Notes under the pieces: model-generated
Told to the model about the DNA's origin: nothing
What the model saw: only the letters and a program-made list of their open reading frames with translations
Database searches by the model: none
NCBI GenBank assembly: GCA_965199715.1
Contig: OZ241322.1
Span: forward strand, 2,208,001 to 2,272,000
Origin: Vicinamibacteria bacterium
GTDB taxonomy: Bacteria > Acidobacteriota > Vicinamibacteria > Marinacidobacterales > Marinacidobacteraceae
Reading direction: 5' to 3'
Length of the DNA: 64,000 nt
Made by a program: the position numbers and the translations under genes
Shown: one piece after another, positions 11,220 through 21,124 of the stretch
Layout of the letters: each line of letters opens with the position of its first letter
Numbering within the stretch: position 1 is the first letter of the stretch

Positions 11220-12100
11220 CCGTCTCCCCGGCCTCCGTCCTCGGCCGCCAGAGCATGTGCGGGCGGCTCCTCGAGGTGCTCGTCATCGCGCCGCAGGGGG
11301 CCATGTGGAGCCATCCCGCGGGCTACCGGGAACTCGGCTACCTGCATCCGCCCGAACCAGACTTGGCCGCCCGGCAGCATCGTGCGCTGCGCTCCGAACT
11401 GGCCGGGTTCGGCGCCAGGGTTCGCGAAGCCGCGCCGACGGGGCTGTCCGCCGACGCGGTGTATTGCCACGACGCCTCGTTCCCGACGCCCCGGGGCATG
11501 GTGCTGATGCGCATGGGCAAGCCGGCGCGGGCCGCCGAGCCGGAGGCGCATCGGGCGCTCTACCGTGAAATGGACATTCCCGTGATCGGCGCGATCGAGG
11601 CGCCGGGGGTGATGGAGGGCGGCGATCTCGTCTGGCTGGACGAGCGCACGGTGCTCGCCGGGGAGGGTTACCGGACCGACGCGGCGGGGATCGCGCAGCT
11701 TGCCGCGTTGCTCGCTCCCGACGGCGTGGAGGTGATCGCGTCGGCGCTGCCGCACGGGGACGGGCCGGCGTGCTGCCTCCACCTGATGTCCCTCATCAGC
11801 GTGCTCGACTCGCGGACGATGGTCGCCGATCCGCGCTTTCTCGCCGTGCCCACGATGAAGCTGCTGGAGGATCGCCGGTTCCGGCTGATCCCGATCGTGG
11901 ACGAGGAGCGGGAGACCATGGCTGCGAACGTGCTCGCGCTCGGCCACGGGGAGCTTCTCGCGATCGAGGCCAACGAGCGCACGAACGAGCGGCTCGAGGG
12001 CGCCGGGTTCCGGGTCCGGACCTATCCCGGCTCGGAGATCAGCCAGAACGGTTCGGGCGGTCCCACCTGCCTCACGCGACCGATCCGGAGGGCGCAGTGA
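11216..12100 (+). CDS. amidinotransferase / dimethylarginine dimethylaminohydrolase (arginine deiminase superfamily)
   Basis: DAVYCHD, MEGGD, CLHLMS and C-terminal GGPTCLTRP with the catalytic Cys. Confidence 0.88.
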   Translation: MTVSPASVLGRQSMCGRLLEVLVIAPQGAMWSHPAGYRELGYLHPPEPDLAARQHRALRSELAGFGARVREAAPTGLSADAVYCHDASFPTPRGMVLMRMGKPARAAEPEAHRALYREMDIPVIGAIEAPGVMEGGDLVWLDERTVLAGEGYRTDAAGIAQLAALLAPDGVEVIASALPHGDGPACCLHLMSLISVLDSRTMVADPRFLAVPTMKLLEDRRFRLIPIVDEERETMAANVLALGHGELLAIEANERTNERLEGAGFRVRTYPGSEISQNGSGGPTCLTRPIRRAQ

Positions 12101-12369
12101 AGCGGCGGAAGCTGGCGGGGTTCCTGACTTTCCTCGCGTTTCTCCTGCTCGTCGCGTACGTCGTCCGTTCCACCATGAGCATGGGCGGCTCCCGTTGCGA
12201 GGTCACGATGACGATGAGCGGTCGGACGGCCACGGTCGGGGCCCGGGGGGCGACGCCCGCCGACGCGACTCGGGCCGCGATCACCGGGGCCTGCGCCCGG
12301 ATCGCCAACGGGCGCACCGAGAACATCCTCTGCCTCGACTCACCGCCGCTCGCCGTCTCCTGTCAGTGA
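12097..12369 (+). CDS. small membrane-anchored Cys-containing hypothetical protein
   Basis: GTG overlaps the previous stop. N-terminal TM helix and four Cys. Confidence 0.65.
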   Translation: MKRRKLAGFLTFLAFLLLVAYVVRSTMSMGGSRCEVTMTMSGRTATVGARGATPADATRAAITGACARIANGRTENILCLDSPPLAVSCQ

Positions 12370-12798
12370 CGCGAGCGGCGTGACCGTTCCGTCGGGCCGC
12401 GCGACGAACGCCTCGGTTGGAGTCTTCCAGACCGCGCGCACCGCGAATCGCCAGCGCCGCGCCCGCGCGACCGTCCCCCGGTCGCCCGTGGGGGCCATGA
12501 CCATGACGGCCGCGCGGTCCGGGCCGCGGATCGCGCTCGGCACGGTCACGAGGAACGGCCGCCCGGCCCGGTCCCGCAGCGCCGCCCGCACGTCGCTGCG
12601 CAGTTCGCCGGGACGCTCTTCCAGCCACGATCCGGCGGCGCGGGCGAGGGCGGTGGCTTCCCGGACGACCGCTTCCCGATCCCGGGCGGCGACGACGCGG
12701 CGATCCAGCATCCGCTCCGCCGCCGCGGCGTCGGCTTCGAGACCCTCGGCGATCCGCGCCAGCAGCAGGTGGGCGAGCCGCCGGGTCGCCGCGCTCAC
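12340..12798 (-). CDS. hypothetical protein, possibly the detached degenerate C-terminal domain of AddA
   Basis: GTG overlaps the TGA of the 1771 aa gene (GTGA coupling). 152 aa occupying the position of the AddA nuclease domain. Confidence 0.5.
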   Translation of the reverse strand: MSAATRRLAHLLLARIAEGLEADAAAAERMLDRRVVAARDREAVVREATALARAAGSWLEERPGELRSDVRAALRDRAGRPFLVTVPSAIRGPDRAAVMVMAPTGDRGTVARARRWRFAVRAVWKTPTEAFVARPDGTVTPLASLTGDGERR

Positions 12799-15700
12799 TC
12801 GCTCGCCGACGGCGGCAGCACCTTCAGCTTGTGGCGCTTCCAGTGGATCTCCGGCTGCGGCTTCTTGGCCGTCATCGCCGCCGCGCCCCACAGATCGCCC
12901 GGCAGCAGCTTCGCGAGGCCGCCCGCAGCGGTCGGCGCGCCGTCCTTCTTGAACCCGGTCACGCCGGAAAGCGTCAGGCTGCGGCGCGCCCGGGTCATCG
13001 CCACGTAGAGACAGCGTCGCTCCTCGGCGGCGCTCCGGCCCGCGTCCTGGACCTGCCAGTGGCTCGAGTCGCCGATCAGCGCGATGCTCCAGTCCCCCTC
13101 GTCGCTCTCCTGGACCCGCAGCCCGGAGCCCCATCCGCCGATCCTCGCGTTCAGATCGACCGCCAGCACGTGGTCGTACTCCAGGCCCTTGGCGGCGTGG
13201 ATGGTGAGCACCTGCACCGCTCCCGCCGCCCGCAGCGGCGCCTGGGTCGCGTCGTGGCCGTCGCCGCCCGCCGACTCGAGATGCCGGGCGGCGTCGGCGA
13301 ACGTCGCGAAGCCGCTCCGCTCCACTCGCTGGACGTGGTGGAGCGCCTTCTCCACGTTCGCCTCCTGCTGGCGCCCCTCGAACGCCCCGCCGGTCGCCCG
13401 CACCCGGTCGAGATAGCCGGTCTCCTCGAGGATCCGCCGCAGCGCGAGCGACGGCGGCAGTTGGCGCGACAGCTTGATCCACGCCGGCGCGACCCGGCCG
13501 GCCTCCGCCAGCGGGCCGTCCGCTTCGATGCGCCCGTTCAGCAGGTCCGCGAACGGCGTCGCCGCCCCGTGATCCCGGGCGCGAAGCTCCGCCAGCGCGC
13601 CGGCGGGGATCGCGAAGAAGCGCGAGCGCAGCAGCTCGACCGCGCGCAGGTCGGACGACGGGCGGGCGAGGAACCGGCAGAGCCCGGTCAGGTCGAGCAC
13701 TTCGGATGAGTCGAAGAACCCGGCTCCCTTGACGAGGTACGTGGGAACCCCGAGCCGCTCCACTGCGTCCCGGTAGAGCCCGAGCCGGGAGGCGGCGCGG
13801 GCGAGGATCGCGATGCGGTCGAGCGGAACCCCCCGGGCGGCGAGCGCCGCGATCCGGGCGGCGACCCGCCGCGCCGCTTCGTCGTGGTCCTGGGCGACCG
13901 CGACCGACAGCGGGATCTCCTCCGCCGGCCCCTCGTCCATCGGGCCGGCCTCTTCGGGGAAGCGGTCGTCGTCGTCGTAGCGGAAGCTCCAGTCGCGGTC
14001 GGCCTCGCGGTCGGCCTGCGCGATCGCGGCTGCCGTGTCGTTCACGAACGAGCGCAGCGGGCCGGTGGAGCGGAAGTTCCACCGGAGCGCGAGGCGGGGA
14101 TGGGTCTTCGGGCGCATCCGCTCCCGGATCCAGTTCTCGGTGCGGTTCAGGATCTCGACCCGAGCGCTGCGGAAGCGGTAGATGGACTGCTTGTGGTCGC
14201 CCACCACGAACAGCGTCGGCGCGCCCAGCCGGCCCCCGGTGACCCGGCGCACTTCCTCGGCGGCCAGCCCCTCGCCGCTCGTCCACGGTTCGGCGATCGC
14301 CCGGAGCAGCTCCCACTGCGGGTCGCTCGTGTCCTGGAACTCGTCGAGAAGCAGGTGGTGGTAGCGGGACTCCAGCCGGAACCGGCTCTCGGCGAACTCC
14401 CCGGTCGCGCCCAGCAGATTCGTGGCGGCGACGGTGAGATCGTCGAAGTCCATGACCCCGCGGTCTTCCTTGAGCCGCTGGTACTCCGCCTCGACCGCCT
14501 GGAGCAGCCGCCAGACCGGGTCGAACGTCCGCTCGTTCAGCGAGTCCAGCCACTCGACGTTGAACTCCCTGAGCAGCGGCCGCAGCTTCCTGTACTCCGC
14601 CATGACCGGACGAAGGGGACCCTTGAGGTGCTTCGGAGCCGTCTTGAGGCCGAGCGGAATCCACTCCAGCAACGCTTCCCGGTCGAGCGCGTCGCGGGAG
14701 CCGGCCTGCTCCGACAGCTTCAGCGCGAGGCGCACCGGGGTCGGCAGCTTGCCGTCGTAGCCCGCGAGAATCCGCCGCGCGTCGGCCTCGACCCCGCGGA
14801 ACCCGTCGCGCAGCGCCGGCCGGGGCCGGGGAGCCCCTCCGGCCGCCGCCCGGCTCTCGAAGGTGCGCCGCCAGGTGAGCCGGTTCTGCAAGTAACCCGC
14901 CGCCACCCCGTCCAGCCGGGCGAGGCTCTTGCCGAGCAGCGGCAGTTCCGCGAGCAGCTTGCGGTCGAAGCCGGTCGCCCCGGTGAGCACCCGGCCGATG
15001 GCCTCGGCCTGCACGACCGGCATCTCGCGCTCGTCCAGCACTTCCGCGCCGGGGGCCACGCCGGCGTCCAACGGGAACTCGCGGATCAGCCCGAGGTTGA
15101 AGGCGTCGAGCGTCGAGACCTGCACCTCGCCGAGATCGGGGCGGCGGGTCCACTCCTCGCGCATCTCCGGCTGCGCGAGCCGGGCCACGATCCGGTCCTT
15201 CATTTCCGCGGCGGCCTTGCGGGTGAAGGTGAGCGCGAGGACGTTGCGGGGCGGGACCCCGGCGCGGATCAGGTTCACGTACCGCTCGGTGAGCACCGTC
15301 GTCTTGCCGGTGCCGGCGGACGCGGCGAGCACTGCGTGGCGCCTCGGGTCGGCGGCCGCCCGGCGGGCCGCGTGGTCGCTCGGCGTGAACGCGACCGGGG
15401 TCCGGGGCGGGGCCTGGGGCGCCGGCGCCCCAGGGACGAGCGTCCGCGCCGGCTCCGGCTCGTCGGGGAGGTCGGGGCGCAGCGGCAGCGGGCGGTCGAA
15501 CGGGCGCAGCCGCGCCGGGAACTCCCCGGCGGCGAGCCCGTCGCGGACCTCCCGGATGCGCTTGTCGATCTCCCCGGCGCCGTCGTCGCCCACCCACGTG
15601 CGGTCCTTGAAGAAGGGAACCACGAACGAGTCCGCGCCGACCAGCCGGGCGTAGAGCCGGGCCTGCAGGCGCGCCGCGTCCTTGCCGCGCGACGAGCCCG

Positions 15701-18110
15701 ACTTGAGCTCGACGACCCGCAGCCCGTCCGGGGTCCGGTCCACCCGATCCACTTTGCCCCGGACGTGCAGCGCGGGGAGCGACCCGGTCGCCGGCTCGAC
15801 GATCCCGTCCAGCTCGCCTTCGACCTGGACCGGCTGCGCGGGGCCGCGCTCCGCCTCCTCGCGCAGGTACCACTCCAGCGCCGACGGATGCGAGTCCCCG
15901 CCGAACAACCACAGCTCCTCGGCGGCGGAAGCGTCCTCGCCCATGCCGGGGGCGATCGACGAGCGGAAGCGTCGCCGGTAGAACTCGAGCGCGTCGTCGA
16001 TCGTCGCTTCGGTGAGCGGCCCGAAGCGGCGGAAGAACTCGGGCGCGGCTTCCAGCAGCTTGTGGACGCGGTCGCCCCGGGCGATCGCGGAGCCGAAGTC
16101 GTTCAGCGTCTCTTCCCGGGGGAGCCGCAGCACCCGGTCGAGAAAGAACTGCGCCGGGTTCGCCGCGTACAGCGTCAGCGCCGAGGGCGACACCCAACGA
16201 CCGAGGTCCACCGCCGAGGGGGCCGTCCGCTCGAGGCTGCGCGGCAGCGGGACCGCGGCCGGGTCGGGGATCCGTTCGGGAAGGGAGACCGGCGCGCGCT
16301 CCTCCGGGTTCGCCCCGAGCGCCTCGCCGAGGCTCGCGAAGATCGGGGATTCGCCGGCGGGGAAGCCGTCCTCGAGCTCGGCCCGAGCGAAGCCCGCCGC
16401 CTTGCGGGGAAGCGTCGCGAACGCGCGCAGCAGGCGCCGCTCCCGCCGCCGCGCCTCCGAGAGTCGCTTGCGGGTCGCGTCCTCCAGAACCCTCGTCGGA
16501 AGGAAGATGTTCCCGGCGCGGGGGCCGGGCCAGTCGGCGTCGCCGACCCCCAGCAGCACGACGCAGTCGTAGTCGCCGAAGGGGGCGTCCTCGGCCTGGA
16601 TCAGGTGGACGCCGTCGCGTCCTCGATACCGGACCGTCCGCTGGCGCCGCAACTGGCGGCGGACGCGGTCCCGGAACCGGGCCGGCGTTCCGACCGGAGT
16701 CGCGGGCAGCGCGGGATCCGCCGCCCGCCGCAGCGCGTCCATGGCCGGCTCCGGCCCGCCGGGAAAGCAGTCCTCGACGAAGCCGACGAAGCACTCCACC
16801 GCCTCGTGGAAGGGCGTTTCCGGGTTCTGGATCGGCGCGAGCCGGCGGGCGTGCTCGGCGAGCCGGGCGAGAACGCGCGCAGCGACCCGCAGTTCCCGCT
16901 CCCGGCGTTCGTCGCCTTCCGGCGGTTCGACGAGCTTCCCGAGGTTCGCCGGATCGTGAGTGTCGCGCACGTCCTCGTAGGCCAGGCGCGGCTCGGCGAC
17001 GTCGGCGAGCCGCGCCGGGGCGTTCCCGAGCGCCTGGTCGCGAAAGAACGGGCTCCGCAGGAGCGCGAACCCGTTCGAGAGGCGGCCCGGAGCCTCGGCG
17101 AAGGCCAGCGCGTCGTCGAGCGCCGCCGGCCACGGCTCCTCGGCGAGCGACGGCTGGAAGTCGGTCTGGAACGGGATCCCCGCGGCGGCGAGATCGTCCG
17201 CGTACGCCGCCGGGCGCCGCGCCGCGACCGCGCAGCGCTCGTACGAACCGAAGCCCGCGAGCATCGCGGCGGCCGCGCGGGTCTCGCCGGCGCGGTCGGT
17301 CGTCCGGAAGAGGATGGATCCGTCGCCGGGGACGAACAGGCGCGGCGCCGGGGCCGCGACCGAATCGGCGCGGACCTCGTCGGCGGTCCAGCCCGGCGGG
17401 AGCGCGGGCGCCGCCTCGTCCTCCAGCAGCAGGAAGTCGAGCCCGCCGACGATCGTCGCGAGGATCTCCGCGTCGGCGATCCCGACGGCGTCCCCGCCGC
17501 CGACGCGGACCCGGGACCACGGGGCCTCGGGCGGCCGGGCCAGCAACCGCCGCCGCGCCAGGTCGAGATCGCAGCGGCCCGACGTCTCGAGCCCCTCGAC
17601 GTAGCCCCGGTGCGCGGACTCCAGCCAGCCGGTCAACCGCAGCAGCCGTTCCGCCCCCTCGTCGGTCCCCCGGGCCTCTTCGAAGGTCCGCCGGGCGCGC
17701 TCCAGCAGCGCGTGGAACGCCGGCCGGTCCGGCGCGATCGGGCGGTCGCGCGCCTGCTCGTCGAAAAGGCGCAGCAGCGGCCCGGCTAGGCGCAGCGGAT
17801 TGCCCTTCGGCGCCCCCGGATCGTCCGCCGCGGCGAGCACCGCGCTCTCCATGAGCAGCGAGCGTTCGAGCGGCGTGGCGAGGGTTCCGGGCGGGTCGGC
17901 GCGCAGCAGCAGCTCGGCGAGAGCCTCCGCTGCGGTCCGAACCTGCGGAAGCTCGGCGGCCGGGCGGTCGGGGGCGAGCAGCCGGTCGCGCAACGCTCGT
18001 TCGAGCGCCCGGCTCGCGCCCGACGACGGAGTCAGGATCAGGCCCGAGGCGTCCCCGGCGAGCCGCTCCCGCAGCGTCCGCCAGTCCCGACAGCGGACGA
18101 TCCGGATCAC
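12795..18110 (-). CDS. fused AddB-like (inactive helicase + PD-(D/E)XK nuclease) / AddA-like UvrD helicase
   Basis: Nuclease motifs SPSAL, RGDRVH, RGKVDRVD...VELKSG and QARLY, then a Pro-rich linker, then SF1 motifs ASAGTGKT, LTFTRKAA, LDEFQDTS, VGDHKQSIYRFR, NFRS, TIHAAKGLE and YVAMTRA. Confidence 0.9.
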   Translation of the reverse strand: MIRIVRCRDWRTLRERLAGDASGLILTPSSGASRALERALRDRLLAPDRPAAELPQVRTAAEALAELLLRADPPGTLATPLERSLLMESAVLAAADDPGAPKGNPLRLAGPLLRLFDEQARDRPIAPDRPAFHALLERARRTFEEARGTDEGAERLLRLTGWLESAHRGYVEGLETSGRCDLDLARRRLLARPPEAPWSRVRVGGGDAVGIADAEILATIVGGLDFLLLEDEAAPALPPGWTADEVRADSVAAPAPRLFVPGDGSILFRTTDRAGETRAAAAMLAGFGSYERCAVAARRPAAYADDLAAAGIPFQTDFQPSLAEEPWPAALDDALAFAEAPGRLSNGFALLRSPFFRDQALGNAPARLADVAEPRLAYEDVRDTHDPANLGKLVEPPEGDERRERELRVAARVLARLAEHARRLAPIQNPETPFHEAVECFVGFVEDCFPGGPEPAMDALRRAADPALPATPVGTPARFRDRVRRQLRRQRTVRYRGRDGVHLIQAEDAPFGDYDCVVLLGVGDADWPGPRAGNIFLPTRVLEDATRKRLSEARRRERRLLRAFATLPRKAAGFARAELEDGFPAGESPIFASLGEALGANPEERAPVSLPERIPDPAAVPLPRSLERTAPSAVDLGRWVSPSALTLYAANPAQFFLDRVLRLPREETLNDFGSAIARGDRVHKLLEAAPEFFRRFGPLTEATIDDALEFYRRRFRSSIAPGMGEDASAAEELWLFGGDSHPSALEWYLREEAERGPAQPVQVEGELDGIVEPATGSLPALHVRGKVDRVDRTPDGLRVVELKSGSSRGKDAARLQARLYARLVGADSFVVPFFKDRTWVGDDGAGEIDKRIREVRDGLAAGEFPARLRPFDRPLPLRPDLPDEPEPARTLVPGAPAPQAPPRTPVAFTPSDHAARRAAADPRRHAVLAASAGTGKTTVLTERYVNLIRAGVPPRNVLALTFTRKAAAEMKDRIVARLAQPEMREEWTRRPDLGEVQVSTLDAFNLGLIREFPLDAGVAPGAEVLDEREMPVVQAEAIGRVLTGATGFDRKLLAELPLLGKSLARLDGVAAGYLQNRLTWRRTFESRAAAGGAPRPRPALRDGFRGVEADARRILAGYDGKLPTPVRLALKLSEQAGSRDALDREALLEWIPLGLKTAPKHLKGPLRPVMAEYRKLRPLLREFNVEWLDSLNERTFDPVWRLLQAVEAEYQRLKEDRGVMDFDDLTVAATNLLGATGEFAESRFRLESRYHHLLLDEFQDTSDPQWELLRAIAEPWTSGEGLAAEEVRRVTGGRLGAPTLFVVGDHKQSIYRFRSARVEILNRTENWIRERMRPKTHPRLALRWNFRSTGPLRSFVNDTAAAIAQADREADRDWSFRYDDDDRFPEEAGPMDEGPAEEIPLSVAVAQDHDEAARRVAARIAALAARGVPLDRIAILARAASRLGLYRDAVERLGVPTYLVKGAGFFDSSEVLDLTGLCRFLARPSSDLRAVELLRSRFFAIPAGALAELRARDHGAATPFADLLNGRIEADGPLAEAGRVAPAWIKLSRQLPPSLALRRILEETGYLDRVRATGGAFEGRQQEANVEKALHHVQRVERSGFATFADAARHLESAGGDGHDATQAPLRAAGAVQVLTIHAAKGLEYDHVLAVDLNARIGGWGSGLRVQESDEGDWSIALIGDSSHWQVQDAGRSAAEERRCLYVAMTRARRSLTLSGVTGFKKDGAPTAAGGLAKLLPGDLWGAAAMTAKKPQPEIHWKRHKLKVLPPSASE

Positions 18111-18111
18111 G

Positions 18112-18145
18112 CCGGGAGCCTAAGCCGTTTTCGGTAGGCTCCCGG
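18112..18145. promoter_or_regulatory. symmetric divergent promoter, 11 bp inverted repeat carrying TAGGCT -10 boxes
   Basis: CCGGGAGCCTA (18112-18122) and TAGGCTCCCGG (18135-18145) are perfect reverse complements. Each TAGGCT lies 6-7 nt before a start codon. Confidence 0.6.
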
Positions 18146-18147
18146 AC

Positions 18148-20982
18148 ATGTTCCGGCGGACGCTTCTCGCGCTGGGGCTTCTCGCCGGCGGCTGCGGCGA
18201 GGAGAGCGCGGCCCGGCGGACCCTCGAGCGGATGGACCTCGAGGAGCGCGTCGGCCAGCTCGTGATGCCGCGGGCGCCGGCGAGCTTCCGGCACGACGCG
18301 GATCCCGAGTGGCGGGAGCTCCTGGATCTCGCCGCCTCCGGCCGAATCGGCGGGGTCGTCGTCTTCGCGGGGACGCCCGAAGGCACCCGCGACGTGACCC
18401 GGGCGCTCGCCGCCGCTTCCCCCGTCGCGCCGCTCGTCGCCGCCGACTACGAGTGGGGAACGGCGATGCGCACCGAGGGCGGCCTGCGCTTCCCGCCGGC
18501 GCTCCAGGCGGGGGCCGAGCCGGATCCGGACGCGGCGTACCGGCAGGGCGCGATCATCGCGAGGGAGGCGCGGGCCGTCGGCGTGCACCTCGTGCTGGCC
18601 CCGGTGCTGGACGTGCTCCAGTCGCCGGAGAGCGAGGTCATCGGGATCCGCTCCTACGGGGCCGATCCGGCGACCGTCGGCGCGCTCGGGGCGGCGCTGA
18701 TCCGGGGGGTGGAGGAGAACGGCGCGCTCGCGACCGCGAAGCACTTCCCCGGCCACGGCGGCACCGCGACCGACAGCCACCACCGGCTGGCGCAGGTTCC
18801 CGCTTCCCGCGAGCATCTCGAACGCCACGACCTCGCGCCCTTCCGCGAGGCGGTCGCCGCCGGGGTCTCGGCGGTGATGCCGGGCCACCTCGCGGTGCCG
18901 GCGCTCGACGGCCGGGCCGACCGACCCGCGATCCTCTCGCCCGAGATCCTCGGGGGTCTGCTGCGCGAGGACATGGGGTTCGCCGGGCTCGTGGTGAGCG
19001 ACGCGCTCGAGATGGAGGGGGCGCGCGGCGGCCGGTTCGACGGCGAGGTCGCGGTCGAGGCGGTGGCCGCAGGCGTGGACGTGGTCCTCGTTCCGAAGGA
19101 TCCGCTCGTCGCGTTCCAGTCGCTCGTCCGGGGCGTCCGGGAGGGGCGGCTCTCCGAGGAGCGCGTCGCGGAGGCGGCGCTGCGGGTGCTGGAGGCCAAG
19201 GAGCGGCTCGGCCTGCTCGGCGAGCCGGACGCCCCCGACCTGCACCGCTCGTTCGCCGACCCCGCCGACCGGGAGTGGGTCGAGTCGCTCTTCGGGCGCG
19301 GCCTGACGCTCGTGCGCGATCCCGGCGACCTGCTGCCGCTGTCCAGTCCGGCGCTTCTCGTCGAGATCTCGCGGGAGGGGCCGTACGAGCCGGACCGCCG
19401 CCCGCTGCGCGAGGAGCTTCGGCGGCGCGGCGCCTGGGCGGGCCGCATCCCGACGCTCGCGCACGGAGCGCTCCCGCCCGGCGCGCTCGAGGAGCGGGCG
19501 GCCCGGGCCGACGCGATCCTGCTCGCCGACTATCGCCGGTACGGATACGGCGTTCCGGACGGATTGCTTCAGGCGCTCGCGCCGTTCGGCGATCGGCTCG
19601 TCGCGGTCTCGTTCGGGAACCCGGTCACGCTCTCGGGGCTCCCCGAGGAGGCGGCTATCCTGCTCGCCTGGGACGGCGCCGAGGCGAGCCAGCGCGCCGC
19701 CGCCCGAGGGCTCTTCGGCGAGGCGGACGTGAGCGGGCGGTTGCCGATCCCGTTCGAGTCCCACGCTCTCGGCGAGGGACAGGACCAGCCGGCGGTCCGG
19801 CAACGGCTCCGGCGAGCGGACCCCGAGGAGGTCGGCATGAGCGCATCGGGCCTCGACGCCGTGCGGCGGGTCGTCCTCGACGCGATCGCCGACGGAACCA
19901 CCCCCGGCGCCAGCGCGATCGTGGTCCGGCGTGGCCGGATCGTGCTTCAGGAGGGCTTCGGGCGGCAGACGTGGGACGCCGGCTCGCCTGAGATCGCTCC
20001 CGACACGATCTACGACCTCGCCTCGCTGACCAAGGTCGTCGGCACGACGACGCTGGTGATGATGCTGGTCGAGGACGGGCTGCTCGACGTCTCGCTTCCG
20101 GTGAGCGCCTACCTCCCCGAGTTCCTCGACCGCGCCCCGTCGGAAGCGGAGCGCGCCCGGCGCGTTCCGGTCACGGTCGCGGACCTGCTCGCCCACTCGT
20201 CGGGGCTGCCCGCGTGGATCCAGTTCTATCTCGAGTTCGATCCCGAGGCTCGCGGGCTTCCGCTCGAGGACGCCCGCCGGATGGTGCTGGACCGGATCCT
20301 CGGCGCGACCTCCGACTACGAGCCGCGCACCGACGCCGTGTATTCGGACAACGGGCTTCTGCTGCTTGGCGAGATCCTCGAGCGGGTCTCGGGGTCGCGC
20401 CTCGACGTCCTGGCGCAGGACCGGATCTTCGGGCCGCTCGGGATGACGGACACCGGCTATCGCCCGGCGGCGGAGCTCCTGCCCCGGATCGCGCCCACCG
20501 AGGACAACCCGTGGCGGGGCCATGTCGTCCACGGGCAGGTCCACGACGAGAACACGGTCGTTCTGGGCGAAGTCGCGGCGCACGCCGGGCTCTTCAGCAC
20601 CACCGGCGACCTCGCGACGTTCCTCCAGATGCTCCTCAACGGCGGCGCGATGCGCGGCGAGCGCCTGCTCCGCGCCGACACGATCGCCCGGTTCACCCGC
20701 CGCGCCGGCCTCGTCCCCGGCAGCAGCCGGGCGCTCGGCTGGGACACGCCGTCGGGCGACCGTTCGTCGGCGGGCGGCTTCTTCTCGGCCTCGTCGTTCG
20801 GCCACACCGGCTTCACCGGCACGTCGATCTGGGTGGACCCCGAGCGCGAGCTGTTCGCCGTCCTGCTCACGAACCGGGTGCACCCGACCCGCGAGAACGA
20901 CGGAATCTTCCGGCTTCGGCCGTCGTTTCACGACGCGGTCGCCCGCGCCCTCACGGACCACGATCCCGTTCGGCGCGAGTAG
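18148..20982 (+). CDS. GH3 beta-N-acetylglucosaminidase (NagZ-like) fused to a serine hydrolase/beta-lactamase-like domain; lipoprotein
   Basis: Lipobox AGGC; KHFPGHG...DSH and SDALEM (GH3); ASLTK, YSD and GHTGFTG (penicillin-binding fold). Confidence 0.92.
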   Translation: MFRRTLLALGLLAGGCGEESAARRTLERMDLEERVGQLVMPRAPASFRHDADPEWRELLDLAASGRIGGVVVFAGTPEGTRDVTRALAAASPVAPLVAADYEWGTAMRTEGGLRFPPALQAGAEPDPDAAYRQGAIIAREARAVGVHLVLAPVLDVLQSPESEVIGIRSYGADPATVGALGAALIRGVEENGALATAKHFPGHGGTATDSHHRLAQVPASREHLERHDLAPFREAVAAGVSAVMPGHLAVPALDGRADRPAILSPEILGGLLREDMGFAGLVVSDALEMEGARGGRFDGEVAVEAVAAGVDVVLVPKDPLVAFQSLVRGVREGRLSEERVAEAALRVLEAKERLGLLGEPDAPDLHRSFADPADREWVESLFGRGLTLVRDPGDLLPLSSPALLVEISREGPYEPDRRPLREELRRRGAWAGRIPTLAHGALPPGALEERAARADAILLADYRRYGYGVPDGLLQALAPFGDRLVAVSFGNPVTLSGLPEEAAILLAWDGAEASQRAAARGLFGEADVSGRLPIPFESHALGEGQDQPAVRQRLRRADPEEVGMSASGLDAVRRVVLDAIADGTTPGASAIVVRRGRIVLQEGFGRQTWDAGSPEIAPDTIYDLASLTKVVGTTTLVMMLVEDGLLDVSLPVSAYLPEFLDRAPSEAERARRVPVTVADLLAHSSGLPAWIQFYLEFDPEARGLPLEDARRMVLDRILGATSDYEPRTDAVYSDNGLLLLGEILERVSGSRLDVLAQDRIFGPLGMTDTGYRPAAELLPRIAPTEDNPWRGHVVHGQVHDENTVVLGEVAAHAGLFSTTGDLATFLQMLLNGGAMRGERLLRADTIARFTRRAGLVPGSSRALGWDTPSGDRSSAGGFFSASSFGHTGFTGTSIWVDPERELFAVLLTNRVHPTRENDGIFRLRPSFHDAVARALTDHDPVRRE

Positions 20983-21124
20983 CGGCGGGCGTTTCGACTC
21001 TCGCGGCTCCAGCGGGGACGCCGCCCTGAGCGCCGGAAACGCATGATCCTCTGCCCTCGAATGGACTTCCCGCGCCGCGACCGGCGTCGATGCGGCTCCG
21101 CGCGAACCTCGGAGGAGACCAGTC

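Noticed and set aside
13884-17789. 1301 aa plus-strand ORF and many similar long antisense ORFs
   Set aside because: Antisense mirrors of real genes caused by stop-codon scarcity; no recognisable motifs.
18148-20982. beta-lactamase as an antibiotic-resistance gene
   Set aside because: Fusion to GH3 NagZ is a known peptidoglycan-recycling architecture.
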